A stretch of 59,149 nucleotides of DNA, filler included. It is 8 parts of 8 records of this genome, joined end to end, with 100 filler letters (N's around TTAATTAATTAA, not from the genome) between each part and the next. Parts side by side here need not be neighbours in the genome. Positions count along the whole stretch, not along the records: positions 24,420 to 31,962 come from SRR31147125_110670; positions 32,063 to 48,029 come from SRR31147125_110857; 6 more parts are not named here. One strand, written 5' to 3'. Both the position numbers and the translations under genes were made by a program. The stretch's first letter is position 1; each line of letters begins with the position of its first letter. This document shows, piece after piece, positions 31,123 to 41,540 of the stretch. A model generated the notes under the pieces. It saw only the letters and a program-made list of their open reading frames with translations, did not search any database and was not told the origin of the DNA.

Positions 31123-31866
31123 ATGATATCGAGCATTATTGAACTGAAAAATGTATGCAAATCATTTGGTGATACGGAAGTTTTACACAATATCAATTTT
31201 TCTGTAGATGAGGGAGAGGTGGTCGTTGTCATCGGTCCCTCCGGGTCCGGGAAGTCAACTCTTATCCGTTGTATTAATTGTCTGGAGATGATCACCAGTG
31301 GAGAGTTGGTTGTTGACAGCATCAAGATTCCTGCCGAAAGACGCCGAGTTCGTCAGATTCGCCTGGAAGTAGGTATGGTCTTTCAACAATTCAATCTGTT
31401 TCCGCACATGACGGCACTCGAAAATGTCGCCTTTGGTCCTCGCAAATCGCGCAGCATGGCTAAGGCCGATGCTGAAAAAGTTGCCAGGGATCTTCTGGGC
31501 AAGGTCGGGCTGGCGGAATTCGAACACAAGTTCCCTGGAAATCTTTCCGGAGGCCAGCAGCAGCGGGTTGCTATTGCCAGGGCTCTGGCGGTCAGTCCCA
31601 AAGTCATGTTGTTTGATGAGCCGACGTCGGCCTTGGACCCTGAAATGATCGGTGAAGTTCTTGACGTCATGAAAAGCATCGCTAGGGATAGCGGCATGAC
31701 CATGATTGTTGTCACCCATGAAATGGGGTTTGCATCCCAGGTCGGAAGCCGGTTGATTTTCATGGACGAAGGCCGAATCGTAGAGGAGGGCAAGCCTGAA
31801 GTTGTGATGAAAAACCCGAAGTCCGAACGTCTGAAGGACTTTTTAGCTCATGTGAAACATCACTAG
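31123..31866 (+). CDS. glnQ: Polar amino acid ABC ATPase
   Basis: [33 protein letters not shown]. Confidence 0.92.
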   Translation: MISSIIELKNVCKSFGDTEVLHNINFSVDEGEVVVVIGPSGSGKSTLIRCINCLEMITSGELVVDSIKIPAERRRVRQIRLEVGMVFQQFNLFPHMTALENVAFGPRKSRSMAKADAEKVARDLLGKVGLAEFEHKFPGNLSGGQQQRVAIARALAVSPKVMLFDEPTSALDPEMIGEVLDVMKSIARDSGMTMIVVTHEMGFASQVGSRLIFMDEGRIVEEGKPEVVMKNPKSERLKDFLAHVKHH

Positions 31867-32062
31867 GGTTTGTCTGGCTCTGGGCATCGTAACGAAAGCC
31901 CTCCTATTTTTCTGGGACACGGTTTTACTAGTATTGAGAGTTTTTGAGAAAAAACAGCCAAANNNNNNNNNNNNNNNNNNNNNNNNNNNNNNNNNNNNNN
32001 NNNNNNTTAATTAATTAANNNNNNNNNNNNNNNNNNNNNNNNNNNNNNNNNNNNNNNNNNNN

Positions 32063-33129
32063 TTTTCCTTGAACAGCGGTTTGAAAAAGGACGCGAATGT
32101 CCGGGAATAGGCCCGCTTGGTGAATCCCGGCTGAACAAAGGCGAGAATCTCCCTGTGGGTCAACTCTTCAAGGACGTTGACCGCCTGACATTCGATATCG
32201 ATTCCCCGCTGCGCCGAGTCGATCTGGTTGCCGGTCAACACGCCGCCGTTGACTGCACGACGCTCGGTCTGGTCATTGACCTCCAACAGTGTGGACAGCG
32301 GATAACCAAGCGGCAGGTGATGATGACAGGGATCCCCTGCCAGTGGACCTGCCACCGCAACGAGCCTCCTTGTGTAGGGGCGGTGCTGCTCGAGAGCCTG
32401 TTGCACGCCGAGGACTGCCTGGATGTCCAGGGTCCAAGCCCGTTCACGGTTTAATTCGAGCATCTGCGCGGCGAGTGCTGGATGATCGAAGGGGTAGTCC
32501 GGTGGAACCTCGAACAACGTGAGCCAGTCCTTGTCGCCGGCTGCCTGTTGCAACTGCTTTTTCAATCCTGATTCGGATTCGGGGACAACCAGGTATACGG
32601 AGGTATTCCCGAGGACTTTGCGCAGGAGTGAAAGCCCCGACATGAAATCGTCGAATCGATCCGCAAGAACTGCGTCGGGCGACGGCAGAAACGGTTCGAA
32701 CCGGTAAATGGAAACAACCAGAGCCTTCGGGCTGCGCTCCGGGTCGGGTATCCGGTTGTTGTCCAGCCGTGCCAGACTGGACCAGATCCCGAGGCGGAAC
32801 AGCTTCTGGCGATCATCGTCAATGTCGTCGGTAGTGCCAGATTCTGCGTCCTCTGTCGCAACCAGGTTCTCGATAGAGATGTGTTTCTCGGCACTCTCGA
32901 GATTGACCGTGCCGGCCATTGGCGCGAGGAGCGGAACGGAGAAGTTTACCGGGTCTTTGGCCAGTACCTGACCTTTGCTCACTGACTCCCCGTCCTCAAC
33001 CTGGAGTAAGGAAAAGTCAAGTCGCTTCGAATACAGTGGCAGATGAAGTACATCCGGCTTCCGGTAGGGTGCAACTCCGGTGGAGGGCTCACCCTCGAGC
33101 ATTACATTGTAGCCGCCGTTAAACGTCAT
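32063..33129 (-). CDS. NqrA-like subunit (3'-truncated)
   Basis: GGYNVMLEGEP...VEDGESVSKGQVL...APMAGTV...YPFDHP...GGVLTG follows the NqrA layout. Confidence 0.65.
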
Positions 33130-33906
33130 AATAGTTCTCACGAAATGTTGCGGATTCGGTTCCCTGCCGACAATCCCGCAAACGCGGAAGGTGGAGTCGG
33201 CAGAATGTTTATATTGTGGGGCCGCATGGTCGTCATCGTCTTGATATACCGATGATCCGGTGCGGTTCGGTACATATTGTGGGAGAAAATAGAGAGGTGC
33301 GGATGGGCGGATGCACCGGCGGACCGGGTTGGTGCAGAGTGGGAACGAAGTTTCACCCTGAAGGATGGGACCCGCCACTGGTTTACGGCTGTATGAATCA
33401 CTATCACGTACCCTGTTTTCAACCGCTGGGGATTGCCTTGAACACGTATATAAAACGATACATCTATACAGCATTTCGAACAGTGTATGTATCTATAAAA
33501 TCGCCTGCCCAAAGTCAATACCTAAAAAATAAAATCTGGCCGCGAATTGAAGAATGGTGCGGTTTTCGACGGTTCCGCGCGGTTATGGCAGTTGTTTTGG
33601 GCGGATATTTATTTAAGGCCCGAAATGGAGATTATGCGCGTTGTGCAAAATGGTCATTCAATGCCGCTATTTGAGAGCCTGCCTTGGCTGACGAACTGCT
33701 ATTTGTGGTATCGACACATGTGGTACCAGGAATTTGTTATAAAACTCTGAAGGTCGGTTAGGTTAGTGCTGCAATGTGGTGAGTCGGTGAGGCGGAGGCT
33801 GGAGGTTTTTGTTCTGATTGTCCTTGTATTTCTTGCTTTTACAGTGAAAATCTGGCAGGTTTGCCGGAACTTGAAATCCTGATTATTCAACCAACCAGGA
33901 GTAAGT

Positions 33907-34518
33907 ATGGCCGATCGACCGAACTTGTATGAAGGAAATGAGGGTATCGGAAATGTCGATTCCTCTGAAAGACCGACCAATAAGAGTGTCAGCCGACGAA
34001 CTGTCATCCGGAAAATGGCGGCGGGTACGGCTGTGCTGGCTGGGGTCAGCGCCTTGCCCGACACGTGGGTCTCCCCGCTGGTCGAATTCGGATCCCTGCC
34101 CGCCCATGCGACGACCAGTGGTGCGGTCGAAGCGCTGATCGAGGAACTCCAGCAGGGGATTGCCGAATCCGAGGATTCCGCAGCCGCAGATACGACTTCC
34201 ACGGATGATCTACGCGGCTACTCGAATCAGGTCACTGTCAATAACACCGGTGCATGGGTGTCGATTGACAAGATTCTGCGCGACAAGTTCGTGTTTCCCA
34301 AGCTCGGGCCGCAGTATGGCTCGAAACTTCTCATTGTCTGGTCGGACGGTCGTGAGCTCTATGTTCCCGACTCGACACAGATGGTCATGTACGGCGGGGA
34401 CGACGAGCGTAAGTATCAGCCGGGTGGCCAGTACAGCGGTAATAATCCGGATATCCCGACGATGGAGGTGTATGCGGCGATCGGGACGCATCCGGACAGC
34501 GTTACCGTCTATTATTAG
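33907..34518 (+). CDS. Exported protein with a twin-arginine-like leader and a WxxPxV...LPAHAxTS motif
   Basis: SRRTVIRK, hydrophobic stretch, LPDTWVSPLVEFGSLPAHATTS; AGGAG RBS. Confidence 0.75.
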   Translation: MADRPNLYEGNEGIGNVDSSERPTNKSVSRRTVIRKMAAGTAVLAGVSALPDTWVSPLVEFGSLPAHATTSGAVEALIEELQQGIAESEDSAAADTTSTDDLRGYSNQVTVNNTGAWVSIDKILRDKFVFPKLGPQYGSKLLIVWSDGRELYVPDSTQMVMYGGDDERKYQPGGQYSGNNPDIPTMEVYAAIGTHPDSVTVYY

Positions 34519-34629
34519 AGCGGGCCGCGGGAGTACCGTGCTGTCGCTATGATCGCTCGGGCCGGTTGTGGTTGCCGGAGTGTTTTGATTGTATCGAGTC
34601 CCGGCTCCGCGCAGCTGTCGGGGCTCGTG

Positions 34630-35415
34630 TCAGAAACCGGTGAACGTCGGCTTCCGCTTTGCTGCAAAGCTCTCCCTGCCCTCGCGCCCGTCTTCAGTCT
34701 GGGCTGCCAGGCCGCTCGAGATTGACTCCAGGGCCGTCGCCGGACTTCCTGAGGCGAGGCTGTTGATCACCTGTTTTGCCAGGCTCGCGGCCACCGGTGA
34801 CGTCTCGCAAATCTGAGCTGCGAGTTCCCTGGCGTATTGCAGTCCCTGTCCAGCCGGGGTTTCATGATCGATGAGTCCGATCTCAAGTGCCTCCCGGACT
34901 GCGATTGGGTGACCGGTAAAAATCATCTTTTTGAGCCTGCTAGGACCGATCAGTTCCAGAGCCTTCCGGGTGCCGAGCCAGCCCGGGATAGTGCCGACCC
35001 GTGCCTCTGGAAATCCCAGCTGCGTTCCCGTTTCCGCGATACGAAGGTCTGCGGCAAGTGCCAGCTCAAGCGATCCGCCGAACGTGAGCCCGTTGACTAC
35101 CGCGATGACCGGGTGGATCAGTTCTTCAAGGTTTCTGAGGATGCGATGACCGTGTCGCGTCCATTGTCGCCACATCTCGACAGGCTCAAGTGTCCCCCAG
35201 TCGCCGATGTCCGCTCCCACACCAAAGGCCCGTGGGAAGTCCGAGTGCAGGATGACAGCGCGAATCTCCCGGTTCCGGTCTAATTCCTCGAAACAGGCAT
35301 CCAGCTGTTGCATCATCTCCCAGGACAGAGCGTTGAGCTTCTCGCCGCGGCTGATGCAGATGATGCCGGTTTGGTCCTCAGTCCTCATGGTGATATGGTG
35401 GTTTCGCGTATCCAT
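34630..35415 (-). CDS. Enoyl-CoA hydratase/isomerase
   Basis: KLNAL, FGVGADI, GGSLELALAADLR, FPEARVGTIPG. Confidence 0.92.
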   Translation of the reverse strand: MDTRNHHITMRTEDQTGIICISRGEKLNALSWEMMQQLDACFEELDRNREIRAVILHSDFPRAFGVGADIGDWGTLEPVEMWRQWTRHGHRILRNLEELIHPVIAVVNGLTFGGSLELALAADLRIAETGTQLGFPEARVGTIPGWLGTRKALELIGPSRLKKMIFTGHPIAVREALEIGLIDHETPAGQGLQYARELAAQICETSPVAASLAKQVINSLASGSPATALESISSGLAAQTEDGREGRESFAAKRKPTFTGF

Positions 35416-35467
35416 GATTGTTTGCCTTGTCTGTTTTTGTTGTACCTGGCGGACCGGGGTGTCTATG

Positions 35468-36139
35468 TCAGTAAGTTGACTGTATATGATCGCGCACAGA
35501 TACGAGGTGGTCGCGCATTGTGTGTTCGGCCAGTCTCGCGTCTCTGGCCCGCACCGCTTGAACGATTGCGGCATGCTGCCTCTTGAAGGATTCCCAGTTC
35601 TCCGGAGTGATCCATTCCTGTTTCCTCAGGCACCATTCGTCGTATAAACGCATTGTGCTGATGGTTCCATAGAGTGCGATCAACAAAGAGTTGCCGGTCG
35701 CGATGGCAAGAGTCTCGTGAAACAGGACGTCCCATTTCTCGTTGGTAGTGAGATCGTTGGCCTCGTGGTTTCTTTTCGCACACAATGCGAGCCGCTCGAT
35801 TTCCTGAAAGGATGCTCGCTGTGCGGCGGCCCCGGCAATCTGGGGTTCGAGCATCAGGCGTGCTTCCATTATTTCCAGCGGGTTGGTGTGGTTCGTTACG
35901 ATGTGAAACGACTCTGCACCAAGTGCCGGGCGTGGGCCGGCAAAGGTCCCTTTACCCACGTGTCTCCACACGAGATCCTCCGCTTCGAGGTGGGAGAGGA
36001 TTTTGCGAAGTCCGCTCCTGGATATCCCGAGTTCCGCGCACAGGGCGCGCTCCGAAGGTAGTCGTTCTCCCAGGTGGTAATGGCCGCTGTTGAGTCGGTC
36101 ACGGAGTGTTTCGAAGACCTGTATGGTTTTGTTCTGCAT
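35468..36139 (-). CDS. GntR/FadR-family regulator
   Basis: RLPSERAL...ISRSGLR...GKGTF winged HTH; FCD domain EARLMLEP, FHETLA...GN. Confidence 0.92.
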   Translation of the reverse strand: MQNKTIQVFETLRDRLNSGHYHLGERLPSERALCAELGISRSGLRKILSHLEAEDLVWRHVGKGTFAGPRPALGAESFHIVTNHTNPLEIMEARLMLEPQIAGAAAQRASFQEIERLALCAKRNHEANDLTTNEKWDVLFHETLAIATGNSLLIALYGTISTMRLYDEWCLRKQEWITPENWESFKRQHAAIVQAVRARDARLAEHTMRDHLVSVRDHIQSTY

Positions 36140-36354
36140 GGATTGCCCGCTCTGCTAAGAATGCTTGATAGCGTATCATACCAATATGTGTATTGGTTTG
36201 TAAGGAAAAAAATACTATTTGTCAGTATATCAATAGATTAGCTTCTAAAATGGATTAAGGTTAGACACCAATGACGTTTTGGTGTACTATTTTCGACGTA
36301 TGCCACGAATGCTGTCGAGCGTCCAAGAGCCCGATTTTTGACGACAGGAGATCC

Positions 36355-37917
36355 ATGTATTCACGTATTACATCCCAACAGGCGGCGGAGCTTGTAAATG
36401 ACGGCGATACGCTGGCGATAGGTGGTGCCGGGGCAGGCCACGCGGTACCCGATCGTCTGATGCAGGCGCTGGGAGAGCGTCACGCGGACAGTGCGCAGCC
36501 GCGCGGAATAACGGTAATCCATCCGTGCGGCATTGGCGACGAAGGTTCGCGGGGGATGAATCACCTGGCCCATGAGGGACTGATCGATACGGTTATCGGG
36601 GGGTTTTGGGGCAACGCACCGAAAATGGTCAGTCTGGTCGTGGCCAATAAAATCAGGGCGTACAATTTTCCCCAGGGGGTCCTCGGCCACCTGATGCGGG
36701 CAACCGCCTCGTCCAAACCGGGAATCATTACGTCGGTCGGTTTGCATACCTACGTGGATCCGAGACTGGAAGGCGGCCGGTTAAACGACATAACCACCGA
36801 AGATCTGGTCGAGGTCATGGAAATCGATGGGCGTGAGTACCTGTTCTACAAGACGCGTCCGGTCGACATTGCCTTTATTCGCGGAACCACAGCAGACTGC
36901 GAGGGGAACCTGACGATGGAGGAAGAGGTGGGGTCGTTCTCCATGCTCTCCATTGCCCACGCAGCCAAGGTCAATAACGGTATTGTCATCGCTCAGGTGA
37001 AACGGGTCTCGGATTCGCATTGCGATCCGGGACACGTCAAGGTTCCCGGCGTGTTTATTGATCATGTGGTTCTCGAACCTGATCAGGGGATGACGTTTCT
37101 GACCCCTTTCGACCCGGCACTCGTAAAAAGGGATGTAGCGTACGAGGCAGAAGAGTTGGAACTCGAAGGCATGAAGCGAGTCGTAAGCCGCAGGGCGGCG
37201 CTTGAGCTTCGGCCCGGTATCTATGTGAATCTTGGCTACGGCATGTCCGACGGGGTGCCGATCGTCGCCCAGCAGGAAGAGATCACCGACCAGCTGGTGT
37301 TCATGATCGAGCAGGGGGCCATTGCCGGTATCCCGACGACCGGTTTGAATTTCGGCGCGATGTTCAACCCAACCGCCATCGTAGACGACCCCTACCAGTT
37401 TGATTTTTTCCACGGCGGGGGCCTCGACATGGCCTTTCTCGGTTTCGCACAGGTCGACCGGTTCGGAAACATAAATTCCACGCGGTTTGGTCCGTACATA
37501 ACCGGGAGCGGCGGGTCGGTCGATATCTCGTCGTCAGCCAAAAAGATCGTCTACTGCGGCAGTTTTGCGGTAAAGTCGAATCAGGAGATTGGCCCGGACG
37601 GCATCAGGGTGACCGAGAGGGGAAAGGCGAAAAAATTTGTCGCGCAGGTTGAGCAGGTCTCCTTTTCGGGGAAGGGCGCCCTGGCACGAAACCAAGTCGT
37701 CTACTACGTGACCGAGCGGGCGGTTTTCACGTTGACCGAAGAGGGCGTCACCCTCATCGAGATCGCGCCCGGTCTCGATCTGCAGTCCGACATCCTTGAC
37801 ATGATGGAGTTTGCACCCGTTGTTAGTGCCGACCTGAAGACCATTGACCCGGTCGTTTATCATGACGAAAAGCTGGGTTTGAATGAGCGTTTCTCACGGT
37901 ACCGGCAGGAGGCGTAA
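36355..37917 (+). CDS. Family I fused acyl-CoA:acetate/3-ketoacid CoA transferase (YdiF/Pct-like)
   Basis: AYNFPQG, VGLHTYVDPR, RGTTAD, NLGYG, IEQG catalytic Glu, YVTERAVF. Confidence 0.9.
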   Translation: MYSRITSQQAAELVNDGDTLAIGGAGAGHAVPDRLMQALGERHADSAQPRGITVIHPCGIGDEGSRGMNHLAHEGLIDTVIGGFWGNAPKMVSLVVANKIRAYNFPQGVLGHLMRATASSKPGIITSVGLHTYVDPRLEGGRLNDITTEDLVEVMEIDGREYLFYKTRPVDIAFIRGTTADCEGNLTMEEEVGSFSMLSIAHAAKVNNGIVIAQVKRVSDSHCDPGHVKVPGVFIDHVVLEPDQGMTFLTPFDPALVKRDVAYEAEELELEGMKRVVSRRAALELRPGIYVNLGYGMSDGVPIVAQQEEITDQLVFMIEQGAIAGIPTTGLNFGAMFNPTAIVDDPYQFDFFHGGGLDMAFLGFAQVDRFGNINSTRFGPYITGSGGSVDISSSAKKIVYCGSFAVKSNQEIGPDGIRVTERGKAKKFVAQVEQVSFSGKGALARNQVVYYVTERAVFTLTEEGVTLIEIAPGLDLQSDILDMMEFAPVVSADLKTIDPVVYHDEKLGLNERFSRYRQEA

Positions 37918-37940
37918 ATTACATGGAAAGGGGAGGTGCG

Positions 37941-39089
37941 ATGCTGGTTGATATCCCCGTGCATTCGCTCGACGTCTACGAGCAGATCAGGGACATGGTC
38001 GAGAGTTTTGCCCGGGAGCAGGTTCTGCCGCGTGCTGAAGCGATCGATTGCGACGCAACGTTTCCCGCGGATATTTTCGAACAGATGGCCCGGCTCGGAT
38101 TGTTCGGGGTTACCATTCCAGAAAAATACGGGGGCGGCGGTACAGATTGTTACGCGTATGCGATCGTCATGGAGGAACTGGCGCGGGGCTACTCGGCTGT
38201 GGCTGATCAGTGCGGTCTGGTCGAACTGGTTGCGACCCTGATCTTCAGGTATGGCAATGATGAGCAGAGACAGCGATGGCTGCGCAGTATAACCGGTTTC
38301 GATCTCAAGGTCGCCTATTGCCTGACCGAAGCTGAGGCCGGATCCGACCTGGCGGCAATCAAGACAACGGCGGTGAAACAGCGGTCAGGGTGGATGTTGA
38401 ACGGTTCGAAACTGTGGATCAACAATGCGCCGGTGGCCGATATCGGTATCGTGCTCGCACGGACCGATCCGGACAGAGGGCACCGGGGGATGTCCGTGTT
38501 TATCGTCGATCTCCATTCAGCCGGCGTGAGCCGGGGAACCAAAGAACAGAAGATGGGCCAGCGCGGTTCCCAGGTCGGCTCACTGTTCTTCGACAACGTC
38601 AAGTTGAGCGACAGCGCTCTCCTGGGGGAACGTGACCGGGGATTTTACATGATCATGTCCGTTTTGGAAAAGGGGCGTGTCGGGATCGGGGCGCTGGCGA
38701 CCGGGATTGCCCGGGCCGGACTCGAAGCGGCCCGTGACTATACCCGGGAGAGGAAACAGTTTGGCAGCCGCATCGCGGATTTTCAGGGAATCCAGTGGAT
38801 GATTGCCCAGATGGCGATGGAGGTCGAGGCGGCCCGGGGGCTTGTGCATCGCGCGGCGCTTCTCATAGACAACGAAAAGCCTGCCGCCGCGGTGAGTTCG
38901 ATGGCCAAATGCTTTGCGTCGGACATGGCAGTCAGGCAGACCGCGGAGGCCGTGCAGATATTCGGCGGCAGCGGCTATATCAGGGGGTACGAGGTGGAGC
39001 GCCTCTACCGCGATGCGAAGATCACCCAGATCTACGAGGGAACCAACCAGATTCAACGAACAATTATCGCTCGGCAGGTGCTGAGCTGA
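37941..39089 (+). CDS. Acyl-CoA dehydrogenase
   Basis: LTEAEAGSD, GSKLWINN, RKQFG, FGGSGY, YRDAKITQIYEGT. Confidence 0.95.
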   Translation: MLVDIPVHSLDVYEQIRDMVESFAREQVLPRAEAIDCDATFPADIFEQMARLGLFGVTIPEKYGGGGTDCYAYAIVMEELARGYSAVADQCGLVELVATLIFRYGNDEQRQRWLRSITGFDLKVAYCLTEAEAGSDLAAIKTTAVKQRSGWMLNGSKLWINNAPVADIGIVLARTDPDRGHRGMSVFIVDLHSAGVSRGTKEQKMGQRGSQVGSLFFDNVKLSDSALLGERDRGFYMIMSVLEKGRVGIGALATGIARAGLEAARDYTRERKQFGSRIADFQGIQWMIAQMAMEVEAARGLVHRAALLIDNEKPAAAVSSMAKCFASDMAVRQTAEAVQIFGGSGYIRGYEVERLYRDAKITQIYEGTNQIQRTIIARQVLS

Positions 39090-39102
39090 CGGGAAGACAA
39101 CC

Positions 39103-40495
39103 ATGCTGACTATTGACTACGCCATTATACCGGACACGCTCAATGACCGGCTGGATACCATGTTCGAGCTTGCCGGCACAAAAATCACCTCGATTGCCGA
39201 CAGCTGGGACCCGGCTCGCGGGACACCGGTTTTCACGGTCGAGGGCGAGTACACATCCCGGGGGTGGACCGAGTGGACCCAGGGTTTCAGTTCGGCTGTG
39301 CAATACTTCTCTATGATGCGACCGGGGATGAGGAGTTCCTCGATATAGGACGCGACAGCACCATTCGCCTCATGGCCCCGCATATCAGTCATATCGGGGT
39401 GCACGATCACGCGTTCAACAACGTCAGTACGTACGGTAATCTGCTGCGGCTCATGAACGAAGGGGGGATCGAGGAGAATCGTCGTGAGCGGGAACTGTAC
39501 GAGCTGGCCCTCAAGATGAGCGGAGCCGTGCAGGCCGCGCGGTGGACCGCCATCGAAGACGGCCTCGGCTTTATCTCTTCGTTCAACGGCCCTCACTCGC
39601 TCTTTGCCGATGCGATCAGGACGCTCAGAGCGCTCACGCTGAGCCACCAGCTCGGCCATGTGCTGATGGGTGAACAGGATGAGAAAATCTGCCTGTTTAC
39701 CCGGGCATTGCAGCACGCGGAGGCAACCGCCCGATACAATGTCTTCTTCGGAGAGGGGCGCGATTCCTACGACATCAGGGGACGGGTCGCCCACGAGACG
39801 ATATTCAATGCGACCAACGGCACCTACCGGTGCACCAGTGTCCAGCAGGGGTATTCCCCGTTCACCACGTGGACGCGCGGGCTCGCGTGGATTCTCTGCG
39901 GATTCCGGAACTGCTCGAGTATATGGCAACCGTCGATGAGAGGCAGTTTAACGCGGTGCTGCCGGGCATATATTCCGACAAACAGGCGGTGCTCGACCGT
40001 TTCGTCGAGGTCAGCGAAGCAGTTGCGGACTTTTACATCGAACACTGTACTCCCGACGGGATCGTTTTCTGGGATACCGGTGCGCCCGGGCTCGTCCATC
40101 TGGGCGACTGTCTCAATCGTCCGTCTGACCCGTTCAACGCGTTTGAACCAGTTGACTCGTCTTCGGCGGCGATTTCCGCCCAGGGGATGATGCGGCTGGG
40201 CACCTATCTGAAAAACAGGGGGCAAGAGGAACGGGGAGCACGCTATTTTCAGGCAGGATTGTCCCTGGCAGCGACGCTGCTCGAGGAACCATACCTGTCC
40301 ATGGATCCTGAGCACCAGGGGCTTCTTCTCCATTCGGTCTATCACCGGCCGAACGGGTGGGATAATATCCCGACAGGGCAGAAGGTGCCGTGTGGTGAAT
40401 CGTGCATGTGGGGTGATTACCATCTCATGGAACTGGGCGTGTATATCCGGAGACTGTCGGATACAAAGCCCTATCATAAATTTTATGTGGGTTAA
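39103..40495 (+). CDS. GH88-like unsaturated glucuronyl hydrolase, split by two frameshifts (near 39288 and 39905)
   Basis: Three consecutive frames give WTEWTQGF/QFG, HDHAF, QGYS...WTRGLAW, VDSSSAAI and WGDYH motifs. Confidence 0.75.
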
Positions 40496-40534
40496 CGGAC
40501 TCACTCCATTGATCGGCGGAGGTGAGACGCAGAA

Positions 40535-41527
40535 ATGAGAGATACAATGGGAAACACGATACGGTGGGGAATCCTCGGAGCCGGCGATGTATGCGAAGTG
40601 AAAAGCGGGCCGGCATTCCAGAAGGCGGAGAATTCGGAGCTGGTTGCGGTGATGCGCAGAGATGCGGAAAAGGCAGCCGATTTCGCACGGCGGCACGGGG
40701 TTGAAAGATCCTACGATACGGTTGACGCGCTGCTGGTGGATCCCGATCTGGATGCAATTTATATCGCAACGCCGCCCCGTTTTCACCTGGAGCATTGTCT
40801 GGCCGCTCTCGCCGCGGGCAAGCATGTTTACCTGGAAAAGCCGATGGCGATGAACAGCGAAGAATGCAGGGCGATTATCGAGGCCGAAAAACAGAGTTCC
40901 GGCACGGTAGTAGTGGCCCATTATCGCCGTGCGCTGCCTGCCTTCAAGAAACTCGGTGAGTTGATCGGCGACGGGACGCTTGGAGACGTGCGCATGGCCG
41001 AAGTCAATTTCTTGCTGCCGGAGGATTCAAACATGATCGCCGATACCGGCGACAACTGGCGGTTGAACCCCGACGTGTCGGGTGGCGGCCTCTTTCACGA
41101 TCTCGCCCCCCACCTGATCGACCTGCTGCTGGTCTATTTCGGCAGGCCGCTTCGCTACGAAGGGTTTTCCGCGCGGCAGAACCCGCAGGCTCCGGCCGAT
41201 GATTTAGTGCAGGGGATGATCATTTTTGAAAACAATATCGTCTTCCGCGGCACCTGGTGTTTCAGCGTGGCCCCCTGCGCCACGTCGGAGCGTCTTGTCA
41301 TCACCGGTAATCGGGGGTATGCATCGGTTCCGTTTTTCGGTGATGAAGTGCAGGTCTGTACCGATCAGGGTGAGGTCGTTACCGGGATCGACAATCCGAA
41401 AAATATCCAGCTGCCGATGGTTGAAGAAGTCACACGCTATTTCCTGGGGCGGGGAGACAACCCCTGTCCTCCGGAGGCCGGCCTGCAGGTGATGGAGATC
41501 ATCGACCGTTTTACCGGCCGCAACTGA
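40535..41527 (+). CDS. Gfo/Idh/MocA oxidoreductase
   Basis: WGILGAG, YIATPP, EKPMA, GGGLFHDLAPH. Confidence 0.92.
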   Translation: MRDTMGNTIRWGILGAGDVCEVKSGPAFQKAENSELVAVMRRDAEKAADFARRHGVERSYDTVDALLVDPDLDAIYIATPPRFHLEHCLAALAAGKHVYLEKPMAMNSEECRAIIEAEKQSSGTVVVAHYRRALPAFKKLGELIGDGTLGDVRMAEVNFLLPEDSNMIADTGDNWRLNPDVSGGGLFHDLAPHLIDLLLVYFGRPLRYEGFSARQNPQAPADDLVQGMIIFENNIVFRGTWCFSVAPCATSERLVITGNRGYASVPFFGDEVQVCTDQGEVVTGIDNPKNIQLPMVEEVTRYFLGRGDNPCPPEAGLQVMEIIDRFTGRN

Positions 41528-41540
41528 TAGAGGTGTCGCC

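Noticed and set aside
33130-33900. ORFs and a sigma54-like TGGCTGACGAACTGCT (33685-33700) in the long intergenic region
   Set aside because: The ORFs lack RBS and motifs; the promoter match is weak and far from a start codon
39824-40921. 365-aa antisense ORF and similar long antisense ORFs (13445-14113, 39117-39929, 41204-41920, 42421-43161)
   Set aside because: They overlap well-supported sense genes in GC-rich DNA and show no family motifs
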